Assembly: GCA_002501065.1 (NCBI GenBank)
Contig: DLRK01000196.1
Span: 133,048 to 197,047, forward strand
DNA from: Akkermansiaceae bacterium UBA7890
GTDB lineage: Bacteria > Verrucomicrobiota > Verrucomicrobiia > Verrucomicrobiales > Akkermansiaceae
Reading direction: 5' to 3'
DNA: 64,000 nucleotides
Below the pieces are notes generated by a model. The model was not told where the DNA came from. It saw nothing but the letters and a program-made list of their open reading frames with translations, and searched no databases. The position numbers and the translations under genes were made by a program. This document shows, in pieces, positions 7,859 through 15,856 of this stretch. Numbering within the stretch: position 1 is the stretch's first letter; each line of letters begins with the position of its first letter.

Positions 7859-9343
7859 CTACTCAAAGGCGTAGAGCGTGCTCTCGGTGCGCAGGTAGAT
7901 CCGGTTGCCGACCAGGGCAGGCGTGGCGTCGATACGTTCCTCAAATGCAGTCCGGTGCAGGATTTCGGGCTCCTTCCCGCCCGCCTTCACCACGGTGAGA
8001 TCGCCGTTCGTTGAGGCCAGATAGATTCTTCCATCCGCCGCCACCGGAGAGGTGTAGTACTTGCCACCCCCACCGATGCGCTTTCGACTGTAGTGTGGTT
8101 CACCCGTCTCGGCATCGAGGCAGGACAGGAGGCCACCGTCGCGAACGAAATAGAGCCGGCCGTCATACAGGAGCGGTGATGATACGTAGGGCAGTCCTTT
8201 GGTGAACTTCCAGTTCACGTGTGTCTTCGTGATGTCACCCTGGCCTCCCGGTTCAACCGCGATGGCCATGTTCTCACCTTCGGCGGAACGCCTCTTCACC
8301 TTGACCCAGTCCGCGCCCGTGATCCTGCCGTCCTTGTCGAGATCCAGGCCCTGGTAGAAATCAAGGGCCTGCCCCTTGAACTCGTCCATGGAGATTTCGC
8401 CGTCCATGTTGCTGTCGTGCTGCTTCCGGAACTCCGGCCAGGAGGGCCAGGGGCTGTCGCTGGCACCGTAGGACCAGGCCACGAAGAAGAGTCGCTTGTG
8501 ACCGACGACCGGGGTGGTGCAGGCAAAGGCCGCGAGGCCATCGACCATCCATCGCTCTTTGCCCGTCTTCAGGTCGTAGCCTTTGAGACGCACCGATCCG
8601 GGAATCACGACCTGATGGTGCCCGGCGTTGTTCCAGATGATGGGCGTGCCGAAACTGCCGTATCCATCGGGACGAGGCGTTACCCACACCTTTTTTCCGG
8701 TTCTTACATCCAGGGCCAGGAGCTTGGCGTCGATGAGCTGGTCGCGATTCAGGATGACGAGATTTCCGGTGATGATGGGCGAGGAGCCGGATCCGAAGTC
8801 GCCGGCACTGCGGGTGATGGTCATCGGATGGCGCCACAGTTCCCGGCCGTCGAAGTCGTAGCAGACGAGACCGGTGGAACCGAAGTAACTCACCACATGC
8901 GTTCCGTCGGTGGCCGGAGTGGGGGCGGCGGGGCTTCCTTCGCTTCGATGATAGACTTCCAGTTTCTCGGGCTTGATCCCCCTGGTCCAGAGCAGGTCTC
9001 CCCTGGCCCGGTCGTAGCAGCAGGTCCTGAGTTCGCCTTCGGCAAAGGTGGTGAGAAAGATCCGGTCACCCCAGACACAGGGAGAGGAGGGCGATCTCGG
9101 CACCTCCTTCTTCCACAAAACATGCGAGGCAGGGCCGATCTTCAGGGGCGGCTTGGAATCATGGGCGACTCCGGAAGCATTGGGACCACGGAACTGCGGC
9201 CAGGACGCGCTCTCTTCCGCTGCGATCCACGGGCACGGGAGCAGCAGGAGGGCTGCGAACAGCACGTTCCTTGACGAGTGAGGCGGTGTTATCCACGCGT
9301 TGCAGATCCCAAGTGACCGCCCGGAAGCAAGGCTCGTTCTCAT
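7859..9343 (-). CDS. PQQ-like (BamB-type) beta-propeller repeat protein with inserted EF-hand pair
   Basis: The ORF 7859..9367 starts at TTG; the first ATG is at 9343 (MRTSLASGRS...LFAALLLLPCPWIAAEE, signal-like). Motif SWPQFRGPNASG plus repeated propeller strands (LLWT, GDRIFLTT, GNLVILN, GRLYFVRDGGLLSCLDAETGE, GRIYLASTNGDLTVV). The EF-hand pair DSNMDGEISMDEF ... DLDKDGRITGADW is inserted between blades. Confidence 0.75.
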   Translation of the reverse strand: MRTSLASGRSLGICNAWITPPHSSRNVLFAALLLLPCPWIAAEESASWPQFRGPNASGVAHDSKPPLKIGPASHVLWKKEVPRSPSSPCVWGDRIFLTTFAEGELRTCCYDRARGDLLWTRGIKPEKLEVYHRSEGSPAAPTPATDGTHVVSYFGSTGLVCYDFDGRELWRHPMTITRSAGDFGSGSSPIITGNLVILNRDQLIDAKLLALDVRTGKKVWVTPRPDGYGSFGTPIIWNNAGHHQVVIPGSVRLKGYDLKTGKERWMVDGLAAFACTTPVVGHKRLFFVAWSYGASDSPWPSWPEFRKQHDSNMDGEISMDEFKGQALDFYQGLDLDKDGRITGADWVKVKRRSAEGENMAIAVEPGGQGDITKTHVNWKFTKGLPYVSSPLLYDGRLYFVRDGGLLSCLDAETGEPHYSRKRIGGGGKYYTSPVAADGRIYLASTNGDLTVVKAGGKEPEILHRTAFEERIDATPALVGNRIYLRTESTLYAFE

Positions 9344-9368
9344 GCCGCGAGCATAGCGATCCGGCAAG

Positions 9369-9385
9369 CCGGGTCAATGACCCGG
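9369..9385. repeat. 17-bp perfect palindrome CCGGGTCA-a-TGACCCGG in a divergent promoter region
   Basis: 8-bp arms with a 1-nt centre. It lies 26 nt upstream of ATG 9343 (minus gene) and 121 nt upstream of the sulfatase ATG 9506. Confidence 0.3.
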
Positions 9386-9505
9386 ACGATGGGGGATGGC
9401 CCCGGAATGGGCGGCCTCTGAAACGGAGTCGCCTCATCGAGCGACACAACTCCTTTACAAACAGGCTCTCGTGATCACGATTTGGTCGGAAGGAGAGACA
9501 AATCC

Positions 9506-11092
9506 ATGCCGATCCAATATCGTTCACTCCAAGGCGTCACGATCGCGGTCCTGTTGGTGGTGCTGCTTTCGGCTCTCGCTGGCTTTTCGGTCGCGAAGGT
9601 GGAACGCTCCAAACCGAATATCATCCTCATTCTCGCGGACGACATGGGCATCGACTCGGTGTCGGCCTTCAACGAGAAGCTGGGGCTCAGGACGCCGGCC
9701 ATCGACCGTCTGGCGGAGGAGGGGATGAGCTTCACAGATGCTCATTCGACCTCCGCGGTGTGTTCCCCCACCCGTTACGGGGTGCTGACCGGTCGCTACA
9801 ACTGGCGCTCGCGGCTCAAGCGCGGAATCGTGGGGCAGTGGGAGCGTCCGCTGATCGGGGACGCGCGGCTGACCCTGCCGGAGATGCTGCGGATGGAGGG
9901 TTACGCCACCGCCATGATCGGTAAGTGGCACCTCGGTTGGCACTGGCCGAAGAAAGGCGGCGGGACGACCCGGAAACTGGCCGAGATCGACTTCACGCAG
10001 CCCATCAAGGGCGGACCCAATGACCACGGCTTCGACTATTACTTCGGCGATGATGTTCCCAACTGGCCCCCCTACGCCTGGCGCGAGAATGACAGGCTGC
10101 AGGGTGAGATCACCGCGAAGATGAAAGGCGGAGCGATGGTTGGAGTATCGGCCGGGCCCGCGGTCGAGAACTGGGATTTCCGGGCGGTTCTGGCGGAGTA
10201 TGGCAGGCGGTGCGCGGCCCATATTCGCGACCAAGCCGGGAAGAAGGAGCCGTTCTTTCTCTACTTTCCGATGCCTTCACCCCACACCCCCATCGCGCCT
10301 CACGAAGAGTTCCGCGGCCGGACCGGGATCAGCGAGTATGCCGATTTCCTGGTCCAGACCGATGCCGTGGTTGGCCAGTTGCTGAAGGCGCTCGACGAGT
10401 CGGAGCAGACGGATGAAACGATCCTGATCTTCACCTGCGACAACGGGACTTCGCCCAAGGCGGGGTTTGCGCAACTTGATGCCGCGGGCGTCCATTTGAA
10501 CCAGAATTGGCGAGGATGGAAGGCGGATGCCTACGAGGGCGGACATCGCGTTCCCTTCATTGTCCGCTGGCCGGGGAAGGTGGAAGGCGGTAGCACGAGT
10601 GACCAGATTATTTCGCTCACCGACATCATGGCCACCTGTGCGGAGGTGGTCGCACACAAGTTGCCGGTCAATGCAGCCGAGGATAGTGTCAGCCTGCTGC
10701 CGGTGTTGCGCGGCGAGGGTGTTGCGGAGTCGCTGCACGAGATCGTCATCAACCACTCGATCTCCGGACACTTTGCAGTGCGCAAGGGGAGGTGGAAGCT
10801 CCTGCTCTGTCGCGGATCGGGCGGGTGGAGTGCGCCCCGCGAATCCGAGGCCGCCAAGAAGGGGTTGCCGCATTTGCAGCTTTACGACCTGGAGAGCGAC
10901 CCGGGGGAATCACGGAACCTGTATGAGAAGCACCCGGAGATGGTGAGGGAGTTGATCGACGATCTCGCCCGTGCTTTCCGCGAAGGCCGCACCACTCCGG
11001 GTCCCCGTCAACTTAACGATGGCTGGCCGAACACCATCGCGGGGACGCTGTTGAAGCAGTTTCCCCAACTGGCAGTTCCCCCGCAGCGCTGA
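9506..11092 (+). CDS. Arylsulfatase A-family (S1) sulfatase
   Basis: The track ORF starts at TTG 9482. ATG 9506 is preceded by AGGAGA. Signal/anchor: VTIAVLLVVLLSALAGFSVA. Motifs: PNIILILADDMG and the formylglycine target CSPTRYGVLTGRY. C-terminal blocks: GGHRVPFIVRWPG, LYDLESDPGESRNLY. Confidence 0.9.
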   Translation: MPIQYRSLQGVTIAVLLVVLLSALAGFSVAKVERSKPNIILILADDMGIDSVSAFNEKLGLRTPAIDRLAEEGMSFTDAHSTSAVCSPTRYGVLTGRYNWRSRLKRGIVGQWERPLIGDARLTLPEMLRMEGYATAMIGKWHLGWHWPKKGGGTTRKLAEIDFTQPIKGGPNDHGFDYYFGDDVPNWPPYAWRENDRLQGEITAKMKGGAMVGVSAGPAVENWDFRAVLAEYGRRCAAHIRDQAGKKEPFFLYFPMPSPHTPIAPHEEFRGRTGISEYADFLVQTDAVVGQLLKALDESEQTDETILIFTCDNGTSPKAGFAQLDAAGVHLNQNWRGWKADAYEGGHRVPFIVRWPGKVEGGSTSDQIISLTDIMATCAEVVAHKLPVNAAEDSVSLLPVLRGEGVAESLHEIVINHSISGHFAVRKGRWKLLLCRGSGGWSAPRESEAAKKGLPHLQLYDLESDPGESRNLYEKHPEMVRELIDDLARAFREGRTTPGPRQLNDGWPNTIAGTLLKQFPQLAVPPQR

Positions 11093-11101
11093 GGGGCTGG
11101 G

Positions 11102-12442
11102 TCAGACCTCCTTTGTGATTCCTGGCTGAGGGGCCGGATAGATGCCCCCGGGGCCTTCGTGGATCGGGGCCTCCGCGCCATAGTCCATGTGGTCGATATC
11201 CTTGACGAACTGGAACTCGGACTTCAGAGCCTGATCCCAGGTGATGAATTGGCCGGTGTGGGTCGCCATCCGTCCCATCAAGGCAACGATGCCCGCCTCG
11301 CCTGCCCGCCGTGCTTCGTTGTGCGGCTTGTCGTGACGGATGGAGTCAAGGAGGACCTGCCATTCGGCGCGGTAGGGATTGACTTCGGGTTGACTGTATT
11401 GCCATGTCAGTTCACCGGGAACCATTTCCTGACTCTTGTAGATCTTGGGGTGAGGTCTGCTCAGCGATGTCATGATGACGGCCGAGCCCTTCGAACCGGA
11501 GGCGTAGTCGGTGTAGGTGTTCCAGCAGTTCTTCATGTGCCGTGAAAAGGCCAGAAGCTTGGCGCCGTCGGCAAAGGTGTATTCCACGGAGTAGTGATCG
11601 AACTGGTTGCCAGCCTCGGGATAACAACGACCACCGAACCCCTGGGCCGAGACGGGCCAGGCTCCCTTGGCCCAGCAGGCTACGTCGATGTTGTGGCAGT
11701 GCCAGTCGATGAAAAACCCGGATGACAGCCAGGAGAAGCTGTTGGGATGCTGGATCTGAAATTCCAGTTCGTTCTTGTCCTTGGGTCGAGGTGGGCAATG
11801 AACGGGTCCGTGGACGCGATAAATTCGTAGAGTGTGGACATCCCCGATCGCTCCGTCGTGAATGCGCTTGATCACTTCCTGCCTCGCGGCGGAGTGCCGC
11901 CACATGAACCCGACTCCCACCTTCAGGTTTTTTTTCTCGGAAAGCTCGGCGGTCTTCAGCCATCGCCGGGCGGCGGGAACATCCGTCGCAAACGACTTTT
12001 CCGCGAAGACATTGATTCCCTTGCTAACTGCGTACTCGAAGTGAAGGGGCCGAAAGGCAGCGTGCGTGGTGAGCAGCACCACATCGCCCGGGGACAGGCA
12101 GTCGATGGCCTTCTTGTAGGCGTCAAATCCGATGAACTGACGCTCCGGCGCCACCTCCACCTTGTCACCATAGGCGGCGCTCAGGTTGTTCAGGCTTCCC
12201 TTCAACCGGTGCTCGAAGACATCCGCCATGGCATGCAGTTTGACCGGGCCACCGGTGGTCGAAAGGGCATCGCGAACTGCGCCGCTACCGCGACCGCCGC
12301 AGCCCACCAAGGCGAGCCGGATCGTGTTTCGCTCTCCCGCATGGACGCCGCCGTGAGCGGCTCCTGCGGCCAGGGCCGAGGTGGCGGCGAGGCGTCCGGT
12401 GTTCTTTAGGAATGTGCGGCGTGTGGCGTCGTGATCTTTCAT
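11102..12442 (-). CDS. Gfo/Idh/MocA family oxidoreductase with twin-arginine signal
   Basis: 446 aa. MKDHDATRRTFLKNTGRLAATSALAAGAAHG (Tat). Rossmann motif IRLALVGCGGRGSGA. The C-terminal half is typical of PVC Gfo/Idh/MocA proteins (FIDWHCHNIDVACW). It starts 14 bp after the upstream TIM-barrel gene. Confidence 0.85.
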   Translation of the reverse strand: MKDHDATRRTFLKNTGRLAATSALAAGAAHGGVHAGERNTIRLALVGCGGRGSGAVRDALSTTGGPVKLHAMADVFEHRLKGSLNNLSAAYGDKVEVAPERQFIGFDAYKKAIDCLSPGDVVLLTTHAAFRPLHFEYAVSKGINVFAEKSFATDVPAARRWLKTAELSEKKNLKVGVGFMWRHSAARQEVIKRIHDGAIGDVHTLRIYRVHGPVHCPPRPKDKNELEFQIQHPNSFSWLSSGFFIDWHCHNIDVACWAKGAWPVSAQGFGGRCYPEAGNQFDHYSVEYTFADGAKLLAFSRHMKNCWNTYTDYASGSKGSAVIMTSLSRPHPKIYKSQEMVPGELTWQYSQPEVNPYRAEWQVLLDSIRHDKPHNEARRAGEAGIVALMGRMATHTGQFITWDQALKSEFQFVKDIDHMDYGAEAPIHEGPGGIYPAPQPGITKEV

Positions 12443-12456
12443 GGTTCAAGGTGGTT

Positions 12457-13365
12457 CTAGAGTTGGCTGGCGAGCCTGATCAGGTGAGCCCGCGATTTCC
12501 TGAGAGCTGCGCTGGTCTCGTCTGGAGCGGGTTCGTGGTGCAGGAAGGGGTTGAGCGGATACTTGAAATTGACCTCCTTGAGCGCGGCGAGGAGTGGTTT
12601 GAAGTCGACCGGTCCGATTCCGGGCAACTGGTTGGTGGAGCTGCCTTTCTGCCATCCATACACGTAGAGCAACTGGTCGCCACAGGTCCGGATGACCTGC
12701 GCTACATCGGCCTTCCAGCTTTGCAGATGATACGGGGCCAGTGCGATTCCGATACGTGGATTGTCATTGAGATCGACGAATGCCTTGAAGGAATCCGGCG
12801 CGTCGAGCAGGGCGTGGCTGTGGTTTTCGATGGCCAGAAACGAGTTGTTCTTCTCCGCCAGCTCAGCGAGGGGTTTGAGGGTTTCCAGAAACGCCTTCAT
12901 CTCGTTTCGGATGTCCTTGGGATTTCCTCCCCGGGAACCCTGTACCGCCACCCCCCCACCACAGCCACCCAGCAGACCGGCGTACTTGGCAAACCCGCCC
13001 GCATAGACCGAAAAGGAGTAGAGATCGAGCCGATGTTTCTTCAGCAGGGCCGTGAGTCCTTCGTGTCCAAGACGATTCAGGCAGTCATCCAGATGGGGAC
13101 AGCCCGCGTGAGCACTCCAGATGTCGATGGCATCGAAGCCGAGCGAGGCAATGCGCGCTACCGCCTGCTCGATAGGGAGGGACGAGAAATTAATGGACGA
13201 ACAGGAGAGGCGCATCGCCCGTTTTCCGGGGTCATCGGCACCGGCGCTTCGCGGCGCGTGCACCAGGGCCGAAAGCCCGGTCGTGGCCAGGGTCATGCGT
13301 TTCACAAAGCGACGACGTGTTTGGCGTTCCTGGCGGATCAACCCTAATTGTGGTCTGTTCGTCAT
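12457..13365 (-). CDS. Sugar phosphate isomerase/epimerase (xylose isomerase-like TIM barrel) with twin-arginine signal
   Basis: 302 aa. ERQTRRRFVKRMTLATTGLSALV (Tat). Motifs: GFDAIDIWS, FLAIENHSHALLD, PFLHHEP. Confidence 0.75.
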   Translation of the reverse strand: MTNRPQLGLIRQERQTRRRFVKRMTLATTGLSALVHAPRSAGADDPGKRAMRLSCSSINFSSLPIEQAVARIASLGFDAIDIWSAHAGCPHLDDCLNRLGHEGLTALLKKHRLDLYSFSVYAGGFAKYAGLLGGCGGGVAVQGSRGGNPKDIRNEMKAFLETLKPLAELAEKNNSFLAIENHSHALLDAPDSFKAFVDLNDNPRIGIALAPYHLQSWKADVAQVIRTCGDQLLYVYGWQKGSSTNQLPGIGPVDFKPLLAALKEVNFKYPLNPFLHHEPAPDETSAALRKSRAHLIRLASQL

Positions 13366-13442
13366 GGGTCAGGTGGGAGCTGTGGGACCTACCTGCGCCA
13401 GGGGTATGGTTTGTCGATGAGGCAGATCTAACAGTGCGCGGT

Positions 13443-13456
13443 TTGACTTGAGTCAA
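13443..13456. promoter_or_regulatory. FNR-type box TTGACttgaGTCAA
   Basis: Perfect 5+5 palindrome with a 4-nt spacer in the divergent intergenic region. Its centre is 84.5 bp from ATG 13365 (minus) and 117.5 bp from ATG 13567 (plus). Confidence 0.55.
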
Positions 13457-13566
13457 CGAGAGAGGGAAGAACGGGAAAGAAGAGGCCACTTCACAAGGGA
13501 AGCCGCTACCCGGGTGCACGAAGGTGCTCAGTGAGGCCGTAAACGTTTCTGTAATTCGATGCTGAA

Positions 13567-15717
13567 ATGCGTGATTCCTCCACCTGCGGCCGTCTCGCTG
13601 AGATTCTGGTCCTCATTCTCTCAATCCTGATCCACGGGGGGGGCCTCGCTGCCCCGGCATCTCCGGTGTTGCCGGAAGATGTTCAGGAAGTGATCTATGC
13701 CACCCGCCCGTATGGACCCGACAATCACTACTACGCGAATTTCGGCTACTATTGCCAGGAACCGGGGAAGAAGGCGTATCCGCAGGGTGGCAGGCTCTGC
13801 CGACTGGATCTGAGGACCGGGAAGGTGATCTCCCTGCTCGATGATCCGACCGGGGGGGTGCGGGATCCGCAGTTGCACTACGATGGAGACAAAGTCCTGT
13901 TTTCCTATCGCAAGGGTGGCTCCGAGCACTACCACCTCTACGAGATCAACATCGATGGCAGCGGTTTGAAACAACTGACGGATGGGCCCTATGACGATGT
14001 CGAACCGACCTACCTGCCCGACGACGGAATCGCATTCTGTTCGACACGTTGCAATCGCTGGGTGATGTGCTGGAAGGTCCCGGTTGCCATTCTCTACCGC
14101 TGTGATCCGGGCGGAAAAAACATCCGTGCTCTCAGCAGTAACGCCGTGACGGAGAACACGCCTTCGGTTCTGCCGGATGGTCGCATTCTCTACACCCGGT
14201 GGGAGTACGTGGAGCGCAGCCAGCTCTGTTACCACCACCTGTGGACGGTCAATCCGGATGGGACCGGACAGATGACCTATTACGGCAACATGTTCCCCTA
14301 CGGCATGAATCAGAGTATTGCCCGGCAATCCGGAAACCTGGTCGACTACAAGAATGTTCCCGGCGCGGTGGCGATGCTGGATGCTAAACCGATTCCCGGG
14401 ACGGGGAGGGTGGTCGCGATCTTTTCACCGGGTCACGGCCGCAAGGAGCACCAGGGATATGTGACCGTGATTGATCCGCGCAAGGGTCCGGATGACCCGC
14501 CATCGGCGCGCCGTATTCACAGTGACGGCGGGTGGCGCGATCCCTATTCGGTTGCGCCTGACCGGTTCCTGGTGGCCAGGGAGCGCGAGCTTCACCTGAT
14601 GGATGAACAGGGAAACACCAGGCTCCTGCACCGCTTGACGGGTGTGCGACCGGACATGCGACTGCACGAGCCGGTTCCAGTCCGGGCGCGGGCCCGGGAA
14701 GGAAACCCGGTCAAACGAATTGAAACTTCCGAGGAAACGGGCCGCATGATCCTGGCTGATGTCACGATTGGGCGCAACATGGAGGGAGTCCAGGCGGGCG
14801 AGATCAAGAAGCTCCTGGTCCTTGAGCAACTCCCTGGTCCCTTCCACGTCAGTCCGGGGTTCGACGGCATCAGCCTGTGGGGCGCCTTCACCCTCATGCG
14901 CATCATTGGCACCGTCCCGGTGGAGCCCGACGGATCGGCCTATTTTGAGGTCCCCGCGATGCGCAGCGTGTTCTTTGTCGCTCTCGACGAAAACGACCTG
15001 TCCATGAAGAAGATGCAGAGCTTCGTCACGGTGCAACCCGGCGAAGTGCTGAGTTGCGTTGGATGCCACGAGCCTCGAACCATGGCGCCACCCAGTTTGA
15101 ACCAGCCCTCCCTGCTGGCAGTGAGCAGGCCCCCCAGCAAGATCGAGCCGATTCCGGACGTGCCCCAGATCATCGACTTCCGGCGCCATGTTCAGCCAGT
15201 TCTCGACCGGCACTGCGTGGAGTGTCACGGCCGGGAGAGATCCGATGGCAACCTGCGCATCGATGCGGCACGAAGCGTGACTTCCCACGGAAGCGGACGC
15301 GTGTTGAGTTCCTATGTCGAACTGGTGAAGCGCCTCGGGGAAATTGCCGATGGCCGTAACGCGCATGGAAACCGGGCTCCGCGGACGATGGGCAGTTCGG
15401 CTGCCAAGCTCATGCAACGCATCGACGGCAGTCACTACGACGTGAAGGTCTCTCCCCGGGAACACAAACTGATCAGGCTCTGGCTGGATTCAGGCGCGGT
15501 GGCGAATGGCACCTATGCCATCATGGATGGCGGGACGCCCGAGCGACCCAGTCCGAATTACATCCGTGAAATGAAGCGCTACGGGGTTCTGCCGGAAGAC
15601 TTCGAGCTGGGCCGTGATCCGATCGACGTCTATGCCCTCGATGAGGCCTACTGGCGGACCTTCTGGTACCGGTCGCGGGTCGCCGGGCAGGAAGCTGCGT
15701 TAAAGGCGGGGAAATGA
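13567..15717 (+). CDS. HzsA-related beta-propeller c-type cytochrome, paralogue 2 (short type, 2 CxxCH)
   Basis: 716 aa with a signal-like N-terminus. PD40-like blades: YHLYEINIDGSGLKQLTDGPYDDVEPTYLPDDGIAFCSTR, LPDGRILYTRWEYVERSQLCYHHLWTVNPDGTG. Haem block: GTVPVEPDGSAYFEVPAMRSVFFVALDENDLSMKKMQSFVTVQPGEVLSCVGCHEP. Second module: VQPVLDRHCVECHG. Confidence 0.85.
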   Translation: MRDSSTCGRLAEILVLILSILIHGGGLAAPASPVLPEDVQEVIYATRPYGPDNHYYANFGYYCQEPGKKAYPQGGRLCRLDLRTGKVISLLDDPTGGVRDPQLHYDGDKVLFSYRKGGSEHYHLYEINIDGSGLKQLTDGPYDDVEPTYLPDDGIAFCSTRCNRWVMCWKVPVAILYRCDPGGKNIRALSSNAVTENTPSVLPDGRILYTRWEYVERSQLCYHHLWTVNPDGTGQMTYYGNMFPYGMNQSIARQSGNLVDYKNVPGAVAMLDAKPIPGTGRVVAIFSPGHGRKEHQGYVTVIDPRKGPDDPPSARRIHSDGGWRDPYSVAPDRFLVARERELHLMDEQGNTRLLHRLTGVRPDMRLHEPVPVRARAREGNPVKRIETSEETGRMILADVTIGRNMEGVQAGEIKKLLVLEQLPGPFHVSPGFDGISLWGAFTLMRIIGTVPVEPDGSAYFEVPAMRSVFFVALDENDLSMKKMQSFVTVQPGEVLSCVGCHEPRTMAPPSLNQPSLLAVSRPPSKIEPIPDVPQIIDFRRHVQPVLDRHCVECHGRERSDGNLRIDAARSVTSHGSGRVLSSYVELVKRLGEIADGRNAHGNRAPRTMGSSAAKLMQRIDGSHYDVKVSPREHKLIRLWLDSGAVANGTYAIMDGGTPERPSPNYIREMKRYGVLPEDFELGRDPIDVYALDEAYWRTFWYRSRVAGQEAALKAGK

Positions 15718-15807
15718 ATGGATCGCGGGGGCGCCTTGCGAAGTCGAGGCAGACCTGGCTTCAAACCCTTTTCCGAATTCAATGGATGCCTTCCCTGGGC
15801 GCAAAGA

Positions 15808-15821
15808 TTGATCAGGATCAA
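15808..15821. promoter_or_regulatory. FNR/FixK/Dnr-type box, perfect TTGATcaggATCAA
   Basis: Lies in the 139-bp gap between paralogues 2 and 3, centre 42.5 bp upstream of ATG 15857. A -10-like GAGAAT ends 8 nt before that ATG. Confidence 0.6.
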
Positions 15822-15856
15822 GGAATTCCCGGGGGGACAGGGGAGAATAACAAGTT

